The position numbers and the translations under genes were made by a program. Positions 23,808 through 35,605 of a DNA stretch of 64,000 nucleotides are shown one piece after another. The number at the start of each line of letters is the position of its first letter. The first letter of the stretch is position 1. This DNA is from Prorocentrum cordatum (taxonomy: Eukaryota). Location: positions 62,001 through 126,000 of the forward strand of contig CAUYUJ010000026.1 of assembly GCA_963575745.1 (NCBI GenBank). The letters are read 5' to 3'. Below the pieces are notes generated by a model that had not been told where the DNA came from, did not search any database, and worked only from the letters and a program-made list of their open reading frames with translations.

Positions 23808-24376
23808 CGTAGCGAGCGCTGGCCACCGCCTCGGCCTCCGCCCAGTGTTCTAAGTTTGCGGTGGGTCTGATGAGTTGCACTTGGACCGCAGTCTCCTCCG
23901 CACGTGCTTACTGAAAATAGGGTCAACGCCTCCGCCTCCGCGCAGTGTTCAAGGTTCGCGGTGGGTCTGATGAGCTGCACCTCGACCGCAGTCTCCTCCG
24001 CACGTGCTTCCTGAAAATAGCGAGCGCTCGGGCCACATTCGTCGGTCAACGCCTCCGCCTCCGCCCGGTGTTCAAAGTTGGCGGTGGGTCTGATGAGCTG
24101 CACTTCGACCGCAGTCTCCTCCGCACGTGCTTACTAAAAATAGCGAGCGCTCACGCCACATTCGTCGGTCAGCGCCTTCGCCTCCGCCCAGTGTTCAAAG
24201 TTTGCGGTGGGTCTGATGAGCTGCACTTGGACCGCAGTCTCCTCCGCACGTGCTTACTAGAAATAGCGAGCGCTCGCTCCACATTCGTCGGTCAACGCCT
24301 CCGCCTCCGCGCAGTGTTCAAGGTTGGCGGTGGGTCTGATGAGTTGCGCTTCGACCGCAGTCTCCTCCGCGCGTGC
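23808..24376. repeat. 123-bp tandem array (~4.7 units)
   Basis: GTGGGTCTGATGAG at 23861, 23961, 24084, 24207 and 24330; one unit has a 23-bp deletion. Confidence 0.95.
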
Positions 24377-24735
24377 CAACTTTGTGAGTTTGGGGGATGG
24401 GGAGTGTCCACTAGTTGTTTCCCTTAGCCGCCGCACGGTTTTTGGACTTGGGTCGTTCTTCGAGGAAGTCTCGGGCATTTTGGGCCTCCGAGGTCCCAAA
24501 ACCGTGCAGTCACGGACCGTGCGGCGAGGTTGCTGGCCATTCGGAGGTCACCGCAAGGCCTGTCACTACACTGCTTTGTGACCCCCAAGCCGCTCACTCC
24601 TACGGGCTCTCGAGGCGTGTGCCCAGACGCTGTGACTCCTGGCCGCGGCGACGCCACCAGGCTCGAGCGCAAGCGCGTGGCGGTTGTACACGTGCAGGCC
24701 CGTGCCCTTCCTGCCCGCAGGGCTCGCCAGACGAC

Positions 24736-25795
24736 ATGGACCTGGACTCCTCGCCGCAGCCGCTGCGGACGCGCGCCGAGTGCCCGCTGGGCCACCGACT
24801 GAAGCACTTCCTCGCCGGCAAGGGCACCCACACGTGCGACGGGTGTGCGGACGGGCAGCCCAAGCCCGACGGCTCCAGCATGTGGGGGTGCCGCGCGTGC
24901 GACTTCGACGTCTGCTGCGCCTGCCAGGAGCAGCTGGCGAGCCAGCACGCGTGGCGCACGCCCTCCGGGCGCGGCCGCGCAAGCCCCGAGCCTGGGCAGC
25001 TGGGGCGCGCCATGGAGGGCACCTGCGGCGGCAGCGGCCGCCTCGGCAGCGGGCGCCCCCCCGCCACGCCAGCGGCGTCGCAGCGGCCCTCCCTGGCCCT
25101 GACGGCCTCGGCGGCGCCCGATCGCGAGGGCCGCAGCCCGCAGGGCACACCGGCCGGCGACTCGTCGCGGGCGCCCGTCGGGCCGCACCACGCCGCCTGG
25201 AGCCGGGCGGTGGACGTGGAGCAGGCCCTGACGGGCTCGCTGCGGAACGTCCGCGAGCTCCACGGCCGCAGGCGGCAGGCTCTCCAGGAGGCGGCGCGCG
25301 GGGCGTGGGGCAGGGGGGCCCGCGACCTGGAGGCCGCCACGGAGAGGGGCGTGCTGGAGGAGGCGCGCCGGCAGAGCCGGGGGCTGGCCGCCGCCGAGCT
25401 GGGCGCGGCGGAGCTCGCCCAGCGCGCGCGGCAGAGCGAGCGCGGGGCCGCGCTGCGGGCGCTGGCGGCCAGCGAGCGGGCCGCGGAGGCGGTGCGGCTC
25501 GCGCGTGTGGCCGAGGCGGAGCAGTCGGCGCACATCGAGCGCCAGGCCCGCGAGGCGATCGCGTCCCTTCAGGGGCACGTGGAGGAGGCTCGCCGCGCCG
25601 CCGACCAGAGGCGCAGCTTTGCCCGGCAGCTGGAGGCGGAGGGCATGACCAGGGCCGCGAGGGATCTGGAGGTGGCCGAGGCGCGGGCGGCCAGGGCGGA
25701 GCGCGAGGCGGCCAGCGAGATGGCCGTCGCGGAGGTGGCCGCCGACCACCGCCTCGATGCGCTGTCCCACGCGCTGTCGGTGCTTGGTCGCTCAG
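24736..25795 (+). CDS. Nested gene exon 1: N-terminal Cys/His zinc-finger-like domain, then Ala/Glu/Arg coiled coil
   Basis: MDLDSS...CPLGHRL...CDGC...MWGCRACDFDVCCAC (C1/DC1/ZZ-like), then helical sequence with strong GC3 bias. Donor TCAG|GA at 25796. Start codon inferred. Confidence 0.7.
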
Positions 25796-26004
25796 GAGAT
25801 GTAGGCCTCCCAGATGGGGTCAGAGTAGACGGGGTCGGGGGATCGCGCCGCATCCTCGATGTATCGGCGATGCGCCTCGATGTGGGCCCCGAGTTTCTCC
25901 GAGCCGAAGTCGCCGACGCATCGCCGATACATCGGTGATGCATCGCCGGTGCGGCGCGATCCTCCGACGCCGTCTGCTCCAAGCCCATCCGGGAGGCCCC
26001 TGAG
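25796..26004 (+). mobile_element. Introner-like 209-bp GA-AG intron made almost entirely of a palindromic MITE
   Basis: Imperfect ~50-bp TIRs bounding 25804-25998; AGGAG direct repeat at both junctions; second, inverted copy at 55935-56131. Confidence 0.7.
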
Positions 26005-27899
26005 GAGCAGAGCAGTCCGAGGGGAGCCCGCAGGAGCTCCGGCAGGCAGGCACGTCGCGCCTCGCGGCCGAGGCGAGTGCAGGTGTCCAGGCAGAGGTGA
26101 GGGCTGCAGTGAGGCTGCGCGAGGGTGTCGTGTCCGAGATACAGGCCGAGGTCGCCGATGCAGAAGCTTCCCGGAAAGCTGCGCTTGCTCGGGTAGCTGC
26201 TGCCGAGTCAGCTCAGGCCGAGGAGGTCGAGTCTTCACGTCGCTTTGAGCTGGAAGTCAGGAGCAGGAGTGCGATACTCTTGGCCTCGGAGATGGCCCAA
26301 GCTAGGGAGGAAGTCAGCGCGCTCGTGGCTCATAAGGAGCAGCTGGGGGAGAATGCTGCTAACACCTTGCATGCGGCTGCAGAGTCAATCAAAGAAATAG
26401 AGGCGTCAACTTCTGAATTAATTCACGAGGCGAGTGAGCGCGAGGAAGCGGCCAGTGTTCGGCTTGCTGCGCTCTTAGCATACAGGCAAGAGGAGATGGA
26501 GATGTTCGAGGCCAGCATAATAGCTGAAGACCAGGCGGGGCTTGCGGAACAGGAGGAGGCCGAGGAGTCAGAGATTCAAAGGTTCTCGCATATAGAGAGC
26601 CGTTCCGAAGAAGCGGAGAGAGTGCATGTTGAAGAGGTCACCGAGATGGAAGCGGCCAAGACGTGCGCCCTTGCTGCAGCAAGCGAACGCGCCGTGACCG
26701 CGTCGCAGTGGAGAGCATCAGTATTGGCATCCATTCGCTTGGATCGTCGCCGCTCGCTCCAACCACTGGAGGCCATTGCTGAGGCCCAGGCTGCAGAGGC
26801 TTCACGGCTGGAGGCGGAGGCAGAGCTGGCCAGCGACCGTGCGGCAGCGTCGAAGAGGAACGCAGAGCTGGCCATCAGGGATCTTCGGAGCCAAACTGCT
26901 CAGCACGTTCGAGCATGCATCTTGCGTGGGGCCGCGATCAAGCGAACCATGGACGAGATTGCAGACCAAACCTCCGCAGCTGCAGCTGAGGCCGCGGAGG
27001 AGGTGGCGTCCACGAAACTGAACGCCATAGTTTCAGTTGAGGCTGAAGAGCAGATCTGCGCTCGACGGGTGCAATCAGCGGAAGCTCGTGTGGCGGCTGC
27101 CACGAGGGCGGCGACGTCATGTGAAAGCAGCATGGAGGTAGCTCTGCTTGCGGCTGAGGAGAAGATCACATCCATCCGAGAAGAGGCTGAAGAATCGGAA
27201 AAGCAGGTGCAGGATTCTCTGGACCAGGAGCTGCTGGCGGCTCGAACGCGCTTGGCAGCAGCTGAGACAGAGGAGGCGGCCAGCATGGATGCTGTGCGTG
27301 CAGAGGTGGCTCACCAGCAGGCCGCTCATGCTGCCTCCATGGACCAGCTCGAGGCTGTGCTCGCCGAGACAGCGGCCGCCGACCAGCGTGCGCAGATTTG
27401 GAACCGGGAAGCCGATGCAGAGAGAGCAGCTGCTGCCCAGGTCGAGGCCGACAGCGAGCGCGCCGCTGCGCGCCTGGCAGCGCGACTGGCTTCCCTGCGC
27501 GCTGCCAGCGAGGAAGAGGTGAGCGCCGCGCTTGCCCTGGCGGACCGCCAGGTGCGAGCGGCGGAGGACAGGGCCCGGGCAGCGGAGCGCGAGGAGGCGG
27601 CCAGCGTGGCTCGCACTCGGGAGCTCGAGAGTGCCGCGGCGGCGGCCGAGGAGGCCGGCGCTCGGCGGGTGGAGGCCCTGGAGGAGGGCGCGGAGGCCGA
27701 GGTGCGCGCCTGGCGGGCGCGCTACGAGGAGGCCGAGCAGGCTCTGGCGGCGTCCCTGGCGCAGTCGATGGGCCACGAGCGGGTCTCCGCCTGCATCTTC
27801 GGGCGGGCGCGGGCGGCGCCCGGCGCCGCGGCCCTGGGCCCCTCGCAGCCGCAGACGCCGGCCTCGCAGCCCCGGACCCCGGGTGCCGCAGGCTCGTGA
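26005..27899 (+). CDS. Nested gene exon 2: long Ala/Glu-rich coiled-coil protein (984 aa spliced total)
   Basis: Open from 26004 to the TGA at 27899. Acceptor CCTGAG|G; removing 25796-26004 joins it in frame to exon 1 (GRSG|AEQSE). Confidence 0.75.
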
Positions 27900-28625
27900 G
27901 GCGTGGCGGGGGGCGAGTGCCGCCTTTTTTCCTGCGCGAGCCGCGGGCACTCTCGGTGCAAAGGCAGGGGCGGCACCGCAGACTGATCGCAGCCGTGCAG
28001 CAGCTCGCTATGCTGGCTGGTGTACCTTATGGGCTCTCGCGCGAGCGGCAGGACACCGCACAACACCGCCCACCAAACCACCCCAACCCAACCCGAAGGC
28101 CTCAATGTGCCTTCCATTTCCAGTGGGGGGGGCGGGGAACATGGAGAAAACAGATGGAACCCGTACCCCCCCCCACTCCGAAATTGGGGTCAAATGGGGG
28201 TCTTCGGGTTGGGTTGGGGTGGGCTGGTAGGACGCCGCACATGCCGCCTCCCCGCTTGGAGGCGGCGCCCTCTTGGCAGCCGCAGGCGGGCCGCGGCTGC
28301 GGGAGGCGGCCGGAGGGGACGGGCAACCCAGGCAGGATCAGCACGGAGGCGGTTCCCCGCGTCTGGTGAGGAGCCGGGCCTTCGAGTGGGGGGGTGGGCT
28401 AGCAGGCAGTGGGGTTCAGCGCACACGGGGCTCGGCCCGCGCGCCGGATCCTGCGCAGCCAGATTTCGGCCGAGCTGGATTTGGGAGACGCTCGCGGCCC
28501 CAGGGGTCGTCTCACATCTTGGCTGAGCTGGGCTTGGGGATCCCCCCCAGAATTGCAGCGCAGTTTTTCTGAATTGGTCGAGCCAGGTTTGCGCTGAACC
28601 GGGTTAGTCCACGCCCGAGAGGGGC

Positions 28626-28808
28626 CGGCGGCGAGCGAGAAGGAGAAGGCCTTCTCAGAAGGCTCGGAAGTCCCCCGGCCTTCTGAGAAGTTTTCTTATC
28701 CTTCACCAGAGACAGAAGAAAGCTTCTCAGAAGGCGCGAGGGCTTCTGAGAAGTCCCGCCACCTGAGAAGGCCTTCTCCTTCTTATTCCCCCTCTTCGCT
28801 CGCCGCCG
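28626..28808. mobile_element. ~190-210 bp MITE family (TIR CGGCGGCGAGCGAG); other copies at 16372-16577, 31184-31390, 33617-33819, 53766-53974, 54731-54933
   Basis: Terminal CGGCGGCGAGCGA / TCGCTCGCCGCCG with internal CTTCTCAGAAG/CTTCTGAGAAG quasi-palindromes; six recognisable copies in both orientations. Confidence 0.8.
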
Positions 28809-31800
28809 AAGGGAAACCCCGAAGCAAGACTGTCCCCCTTTTCAAAAGTGATGCAACTCGTCCTGCCCCCCAGAGCCCCCAGGGAGACCACTGGAGCGCC
28901 CAGAACGTCGGAAACCGTTCACAAACGACCGAGGACCTCCAACAGACCCCAGACATCCGCCGATGTCATTTTGTCAACCCGCGGCCCCAGAGGTCTCGAC
29001 CCCTTCCCCAGGGGTGTTTTTTCGTCCCGGGTCCATCTTTGATGGTCCCCGGGCTCGATAACGGGCCCCGGAGGCCGAAAACCAGGAGAAACCGCCGGAC
29101 GGAAAAGATCATCTCGTCGGATCTCTGGGTGACGGGTGTGATCAGTGACCAGTGGGGTGGGGAAGGGGGGGGGGCCGATCGGGGGCCGTTCACGTCGCGG
29201 TTCGCGCCGGCGCGGTCCGAGAATGCCTTGGACTGGCCTGTTTCCAGGTGGTGCTGGCGCGAACCGCGACGTGGCCAGGGGGCCCGTGGGGGGGTGGGAG
29301 GGGAAGGAGGCAAGCTAGGTGCGGAAGCGCCTTATCTGACGTCCTGCCCCTCCCTCCCATCCCTTGCCATGGCGTTACATCCTTTCCCTCCCTCCCATCC
29401 CTACCATCCGACTGGCGAACAGAGAGGAGATCTACGCCATTAGCGTAGATCTCTCTGTTCGCGCAGTCGGATGTCGTAGCATGGCGTAGCATTACGTGGG
29501 GGGGGAGTGCGGGTGGAGGGGGGGGCGGGGAGGGCGCGCTCCTGCAGCCCGCCCCCCAGGGGCTTTCAGAGGACGGGTCCGTGCACCACGGCACCCGTCC
29601 ACCACGGCCACCCTGGGCCCCCAGGACGGTGCTTAGACTTCTGGCGGGCTGCGCTTTTCCCCAACGGCGCTTCGCTCGAGGGTTCTGTTAAAGGCAGAGA
29701 CACCACAGAAGAGTCCAACAGAGGGCTCGGGGAGTCCGAGACCGCCCAGACGGGCAGCCGTCCGGCGGCCGAGCGGCAGACGTTTCACTTGAGTCTTCCT
29801 CGCAAAGTATCCAGGTGCTCTCGCCTCAGTGCCAGCTACCAGCTACATGTTTGGTGCGGACAGCCCCGACCCTTGTCAAACACACACGAAGGTGCACATG
29901 GCCGAATCTGGACCTCCCACTCCTCGACCCGCCTCTCCACCCTCGCTGCTATTGATGGGTGCCCTGCCGGGGTGACTCTGTCTCCCGACTCGGGCGCTCT
30001 GTTCCTTCGGCCTCCTGGGGTCCAGGGGGGGTGGGGCGCTCTCGGGCCCCCGGGGGCGCCAGCCCCAGGGATGAGGTCGAGGCCTCTTCCCGAAGGTCCG
30101 GCTGTGCGCAGGCCTTCCCGGCCTTGGCTGGAAGGGCGCGCGCGCCGTGCTTCGGTAGCAAAGCATGGGAGCCCTCGTAATTAGTTTTTGTTGTTGGGGG
30201 GGGGCATTGTATGTACATGCACATAAATATTTGTATACATATATATATATATGTATATATATACATATATATGTACATACATACACATATATATATGTTC
30301 ATATATATATGTATTCATAGAACCATTCGCGTCGATCAATGCCTGGTAGTCGATGAGTTCGCGTCGATTTGCAGCCAACCCGCATGGTGAGGATGATCGG
30401 TTTTCCAAGGTTGCCCTTGCATCCTTGCCCTTCGGCCCATCCTTGGCCGCTTTCGCTGGCCGCGCCCCGCTCGCGAAGTGTCGGCACGGCCTTTCAAGGC
30501 CCTTGCATCCGTATCGCGCGTCCTGATTATACGGGTTGACTGCAGCGTCGATTAGCGTCGATGCAGCGTCGATTTGGCGTCGGCTAGCGTCGACTCGCAG
30601 GAGGCAGCAAGAGGGTATGGGAGGCACCCGTGAGTTTTGAAGATGAAGAACGGCACACGCCTGCACTCTCGACGCTCCGCGCGGACTTCTTGGATCTGCT
30701 CTGGCCCCCCTGGCGGTGCCCGTGGCGGCGCCTCCGGCGCAGGCCCTGGCGCGCCGCGCGCCAGGGAGGGGGGCCCAGCGCGGATCCCAGAAATATCCGC
30801 GCGGACCGTCGAAGTTTGTGTGTTATGCCGTTCTCTCTTCTTTTCGAGTTGCCACAGGAAGAAAGATATCCGCCGCTCTCAGCCACATCGGCCAGGGGGG
30901 GAAGCAACACACCGGCAAAGGCACTCGTCGATTCCCAAGAGAAGATGGGAGAATATGGGAAGTGGGGGGGAAGACGAAAGTTGAGAAAATATAGGAAACT
31001 ATAAGGGATCCTGGGCCCAGGGCTGTTCGGGGGTTGCTAAGGGTGCCCCTGACCCAAGGTGCCCCTTGCTGTTCGGTCCATCTTGGACCCCTCGGGGCAC
31101 TCTGGGCAGCGTGATGGGGTGCTCTGGAGGCCATGGGGGCCTCCCTGGGAATCCTGGGGGCACCTTGAGCCAGGGGCACTTCTATCGGCGGCGAGCGAGG
31201 TGGGAAGCGAGAAGGGGTGGGCCTTCTCAGAAGTCTCGGAAGTCCCCCGGCCGTCTGAGAGGTGCTCTGAGCCTTCCCCGAAGACAGGCCGACGCTTCTC
31301 GCCAGAAGGCGCGGGGGCTTCTGAGAAGCCCCGCCGCCCTTTGCGAGGGCCTTCTCCCTCTCACTGTTCCGCCCCTCGCCCGCCGCCGATTTCAGCAGCA
31401 CCCGGGCCGAGCCACAGCACCGTGCCAGGGCCCGCGGATGGCAGGGCGTCGAAGCGGCGCTCGGGCGCGCCCGCCCCGCGGCAGGCTGCGCGGCACGGGC
31501 CGCCTCTGGCGGGCGCCGCGGCGCCGTGGGCGCGCGGCACGGCCGTTGGCGGCGCGCGGCTCCTCGGAAGCCGCGGCGGTGACGTACTGGCGGTGACGAA
31601 CAGCACACTCACACACACACACACACAGGAGGGTCCAAGGTAGGAGGAGTGGCTACCCAGAGATCCGAAGATCTGTTTTTTTCAATCCGGCGGTTCCTCC
31701 TGGATTTCGGCCTCCGGAGCTCATTAACGGGCCCGGCGACCATCAAAAATGGATCCGGGACGAAAAACCAGCCCCGTGGGATGGGTCGGGGCCTCTGGGG

Positions 31801-32299
31801 CCGCGGATTCGAGAATCACATCGGCGGATGTCTGGTTATGGGTATGGGTGCGGGTTGTCGGACCCTGGGGGAGGCTCCCGTTCGAGCGGGGACCCCCGTC
31901 CAGGGCTCATTTCGATTCCTCCGATTCGATCCGATTCGATTTCGATGGCTTCCGATTCCGATCCGATTCGGCTTCGGATTGCGATGTGGACTCCGATTCC
32001 TTAAAGTGGAGGCCTACTAGCTTGCCGATGCCTGCCGATCAGACTTTTCCCGGCTCGGCTGCGGATCTCCGCCGATCCGATTCATTTCGACGCCGATCCG
32101 ACTCATCGATTCGATTCTGGGCTCCCCTGCCCATCCGACAATACGCGCACCCACGGCCCACCTCCGTCCCTCCCCGTGGGTGTGGGTGCGTGTTGGTCGT
32201 TGGTCCGCGTGGGAGGCTCGGCGGCGGGGCGCCTCGAATTCAACGGAGGCTGGGAGCGCGGCGGCAAGGGACCTGCGGCGTTCGAGCAGGATATCGACG

Positions 32300-33226
32300 A
32301 CATACATATATATAAATATGTATGTATTTGTGCATACAACTTACATATGTGTGCATGCATGCATGCATAGATGCATGCACACATACATACATGCTTGCAT
32401 TCAAACATACATACCTACACGCGTACACATACACACATGCATGCATGTATGCGTACATACACACAATCATACACATACACACAACCATAAACGTACATAC
32501 ATACATACATACATGCATGCATACATACATACAAACATACATGTATACACATACATACATACATGCATGCATACATATACACATACATACATACATACAT
32601 GCATGCATGCACGCATACACACATACATACATACATACATCCACACACACACACACACATCAATACATACACATACATACATACACATCTACACACTTCC
32701 ATACTTTCATACATACATACAGCATACATACATACATACATACATACATACATACATACATACATACATACGTACGTACATACATACATACATACATACA
32801 TACATACACACATACATACATACATTTATACATACATACATACATTTATACATACATACACACATACATGCAAACACATACATACACACATCCATACATA
32901 CATACACGCATACGTACATACGTACATACATTTATGCACACATGCATCCACATATACACGCATACATACATGCATGCATGCATGCATGCATGTATACACA
33001 CATACACACGTACACATATGCACAAACAATCATACATACATACATACATACATACATACATGCATGCATGCATGCATGCATGCATACATACATACATACA
33101 TACATACAGACATCCACACCCACACACACATACTTACATCCAATCATCCATCCATCTCTACATGCATGTATGCATACATCCATACAGACATACATGCACA
33201 TATGCTTATACATATATGTATATATG

Positions 33227-33258
<32 letters not shown>

Positions 33259-33268
33259 GATATGTGTG
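32300..33268. repeat. (ATAC)n/(ATGC)n microsatellite, ~970 bp
   Basis: Direct reading. Confidence 0.97.
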
Positions 33269-35387
33269 TATCCTTTAGTTTTTGCAAGCCGGGGTGGGTG
33301 GGGACCCCCCCCCCGCTCCCCTCCCAAATTGGACTCCAACTGGGCCCCCCCAGACATCCTTGCCAAAGGTCCCCCAGCTCGTCCGGGACCTCCCAGGGCG
33401 CTTAGCCGGGTCCTTCCAGCAGGCCCCATGCGATCAGAGCGGTGATCAGAGAGGCCGAAGAGAGACCCAAGACAGCACAAGAGCGCTCCAAGAAGGACCC
33501 AGATGGCCTCCAGAGGCCACCTAGACAGCCCAGGAGGCCCTCAACAGGGCTCCCAGAATGCAGAAATCCCTTCATTCCCTGAGAAAGCCGTGCATTTCCA
33601 GCACATACATTTGTGGTCGGCGGCGAGCGAGAGGGGAACAGTGAGCAGGAAAAGGCCTTCTCAGAAGGCGGCGGGCCTTCTCAGAAGCCCCCGCGCCTTC
33701 TGAGAAGTGCCTTCTGCGTCTTCGGGGAAGGCTTAGAAAACTTCTCAGAAGGCCGGGGGACTTCCGAGCCTTCTGAGAAGGTCTTCTCCTTCTCACCGTC
33801 CACCCCTCTCTCGCCGCCGTCGATTGTTCCGTCGAACGTACAGCAGATACGTAGACTGTTTGTAAATCCTACGAAACATCTATGTATTTGTCGCAGAGCC
33901 GGCGAACATTGCAATTGTTGGGTCAGTCATTTCTGTAGTCGATCTTTTACTCGAGGCGTGCGGGGGTCACGGTGTGCTCACGTCCTCGTCGGGGAGGAGT
34001 CCCGGACTGGCGGTTTGGGCTTGCATGCGGGGGGCGCGCGGAGCAGAAAAGAGCTGCCCTACTCGTCGTCGCCGCTGCCGTCGTCAGCGCTGCTGCTGCC
34101 GCCACCGGCGTCGTCGCCGCCGTCGGCGTCGCCGCCGTCGTCGTCGTCGTCGTCGTTCTCGTCGTCGTCGTCGTCGTCGTTCTCGTCGTCGTCGTCGTCC
34201 TCACCAGCGCAACGTTCGAAGGGGATGGGCTCAGGGGGGTAGCATGTACTACCCCTTGTCGCGCATTCATCGCTGATGGGGGCCCGATAGCCCACCCAGC
34301 CTGGTAATTGGCTGAGGAGGTTCGAACGGGCTTTTCGTTGAAATGATCTAATTATGGGGAAACTTCGAGGCCAATGCTTTTACAAAGTTCTACTTCAACG
34401 TTGCTAGGATTCGGAAGCTTGGAAACAGTTTGGATAAAGTTTGACGGCCAAGAATGTCCGAATATCCGTAGCGCGCGTGTGGTATTTTCGCGAACTCCCG
34501 AATGTGTGTTCGAACTGTTTCCGAACTTTGTCCAAACTTTCTTTGACCTTCTTCAGAATTTAGACACTTGGATCGAACTTTCCCTACACTTGTTCTTGAT
34601 CCTCTTCCAAACTCTGCTAAGATATTTTCCGCTTTTTTCGAACTCCCCCTGAAGGCTTGAACTTTTTTCGAGCTCTTCCTTTCCTTGGTTTCCGAACTCG
34701 AACTTCTGGCCCTCCCTCCGCCCGAGCTCATGGCCTGACTCTATCTCTCTCCAGGAAATCCTCCTTTTTCCCCCATCAGCCAGCTCCGAGCCCAGCCCAA
34801 GAACGTGCGCATTCGCTGTTGGCCGCCTGTCGCCGCGAGCCAGTCCCCGCCTGTCGTTGCCCCTCACGGACGCCCCCGAGCCCGAGCCGTGACAGAAATC
34901 ACGACGGGAGGCGTTCGGCCATTTTCGGCCTCCTCATGACGCCAACATCGCAGAGCGGATTCCGTTCGGAAAGCAATTTCGTTTCGGATTTCGAAGTGAC
35001 TTTCGTGTGGACTTCTTTGGCCAGGAATGAAGACTATCAAACATCCCCGTGAGATTCACTTTGTTTTTCGCTTGCCGTTTCGGTGTTATGCGTTGACAGG
35101 AATCCGTTCAGAAATCCGCTGCAGCACGTCAGCAAGTTCGATGCAGTGAGCCTCTGGGGGCCCTCGCCCGGCACCGGGACCGTGCACACACGGTTCGGGG
35201 ACGGAACGCCGCCTCGGCCGCCGGGCCGCCGTCGCCGCCGCTGCCGCCGCCGTCGTCGTCGTCACCGTCGTCGCTGTCGTCGTCGTCGTCGTCGTCGTCG
35301 TTCTCGTCGTCGTGGTGCGTCGTGGTGTGTCGCGGCGGCGGCGGCCGGCGCCGGTGGCGCCAGGCGGCCCGCTGCCCCCCTGAGCAG

Positions 35388-35464
35388 GTGCAGCGGGAGC
35401 GCGGCCCGGAGCCCGCCGACGGCGCCCTGCCCGACCTCGGGGCGCCCGAGCAGCTTCGCCTGAG
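35388..35464 (+). CDS. PhyH-family dioxygenase, exon C
   Basis: VQRERGPEPADGALPDLGAPEQLRL(R). GCAG|G acceptor, with an in-frame alternative start at 35364. CTGAG|GC donor; the final AG plus G of the next exon makes Arg, giving LRLRPGDVVLAH. Confidence 0.75.
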
Positions 35465-35563
35465 GCCGGCGCCGTCGGCGCCGTCGTGGTCGCCGTCGTC
35501 GGCGTCGTCGTCGTCGTCGTCGGCGTCGTCGGCGTCGTCGGGTGGCGTCGTCGTCGTCGGTTG

Positions 35564-35605
<42 letters not shown>

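Noticed and set aside
23861..24350. Tandem hammerhead ribozymes (CTGATGAG in each 123-bp unit)
   Set aside because: The best stem II (GCTGC/GCAGT) is followed by CTCC, not GAAA. The later GAAA lacks a convincing stem II/III and NUH, and is absent in some units.
32180..33480. His/Thr/Tyr/Ile-rich and Met/Tyr/Val/Cys-rich ORFs, and similar poly-E/P/R/L/V ORFs elsewhere
   Set aside because: Translations of (ATAC)n, (GGA)n, (GTT)n, (GAC)n and (CTGT)n microsatellites.
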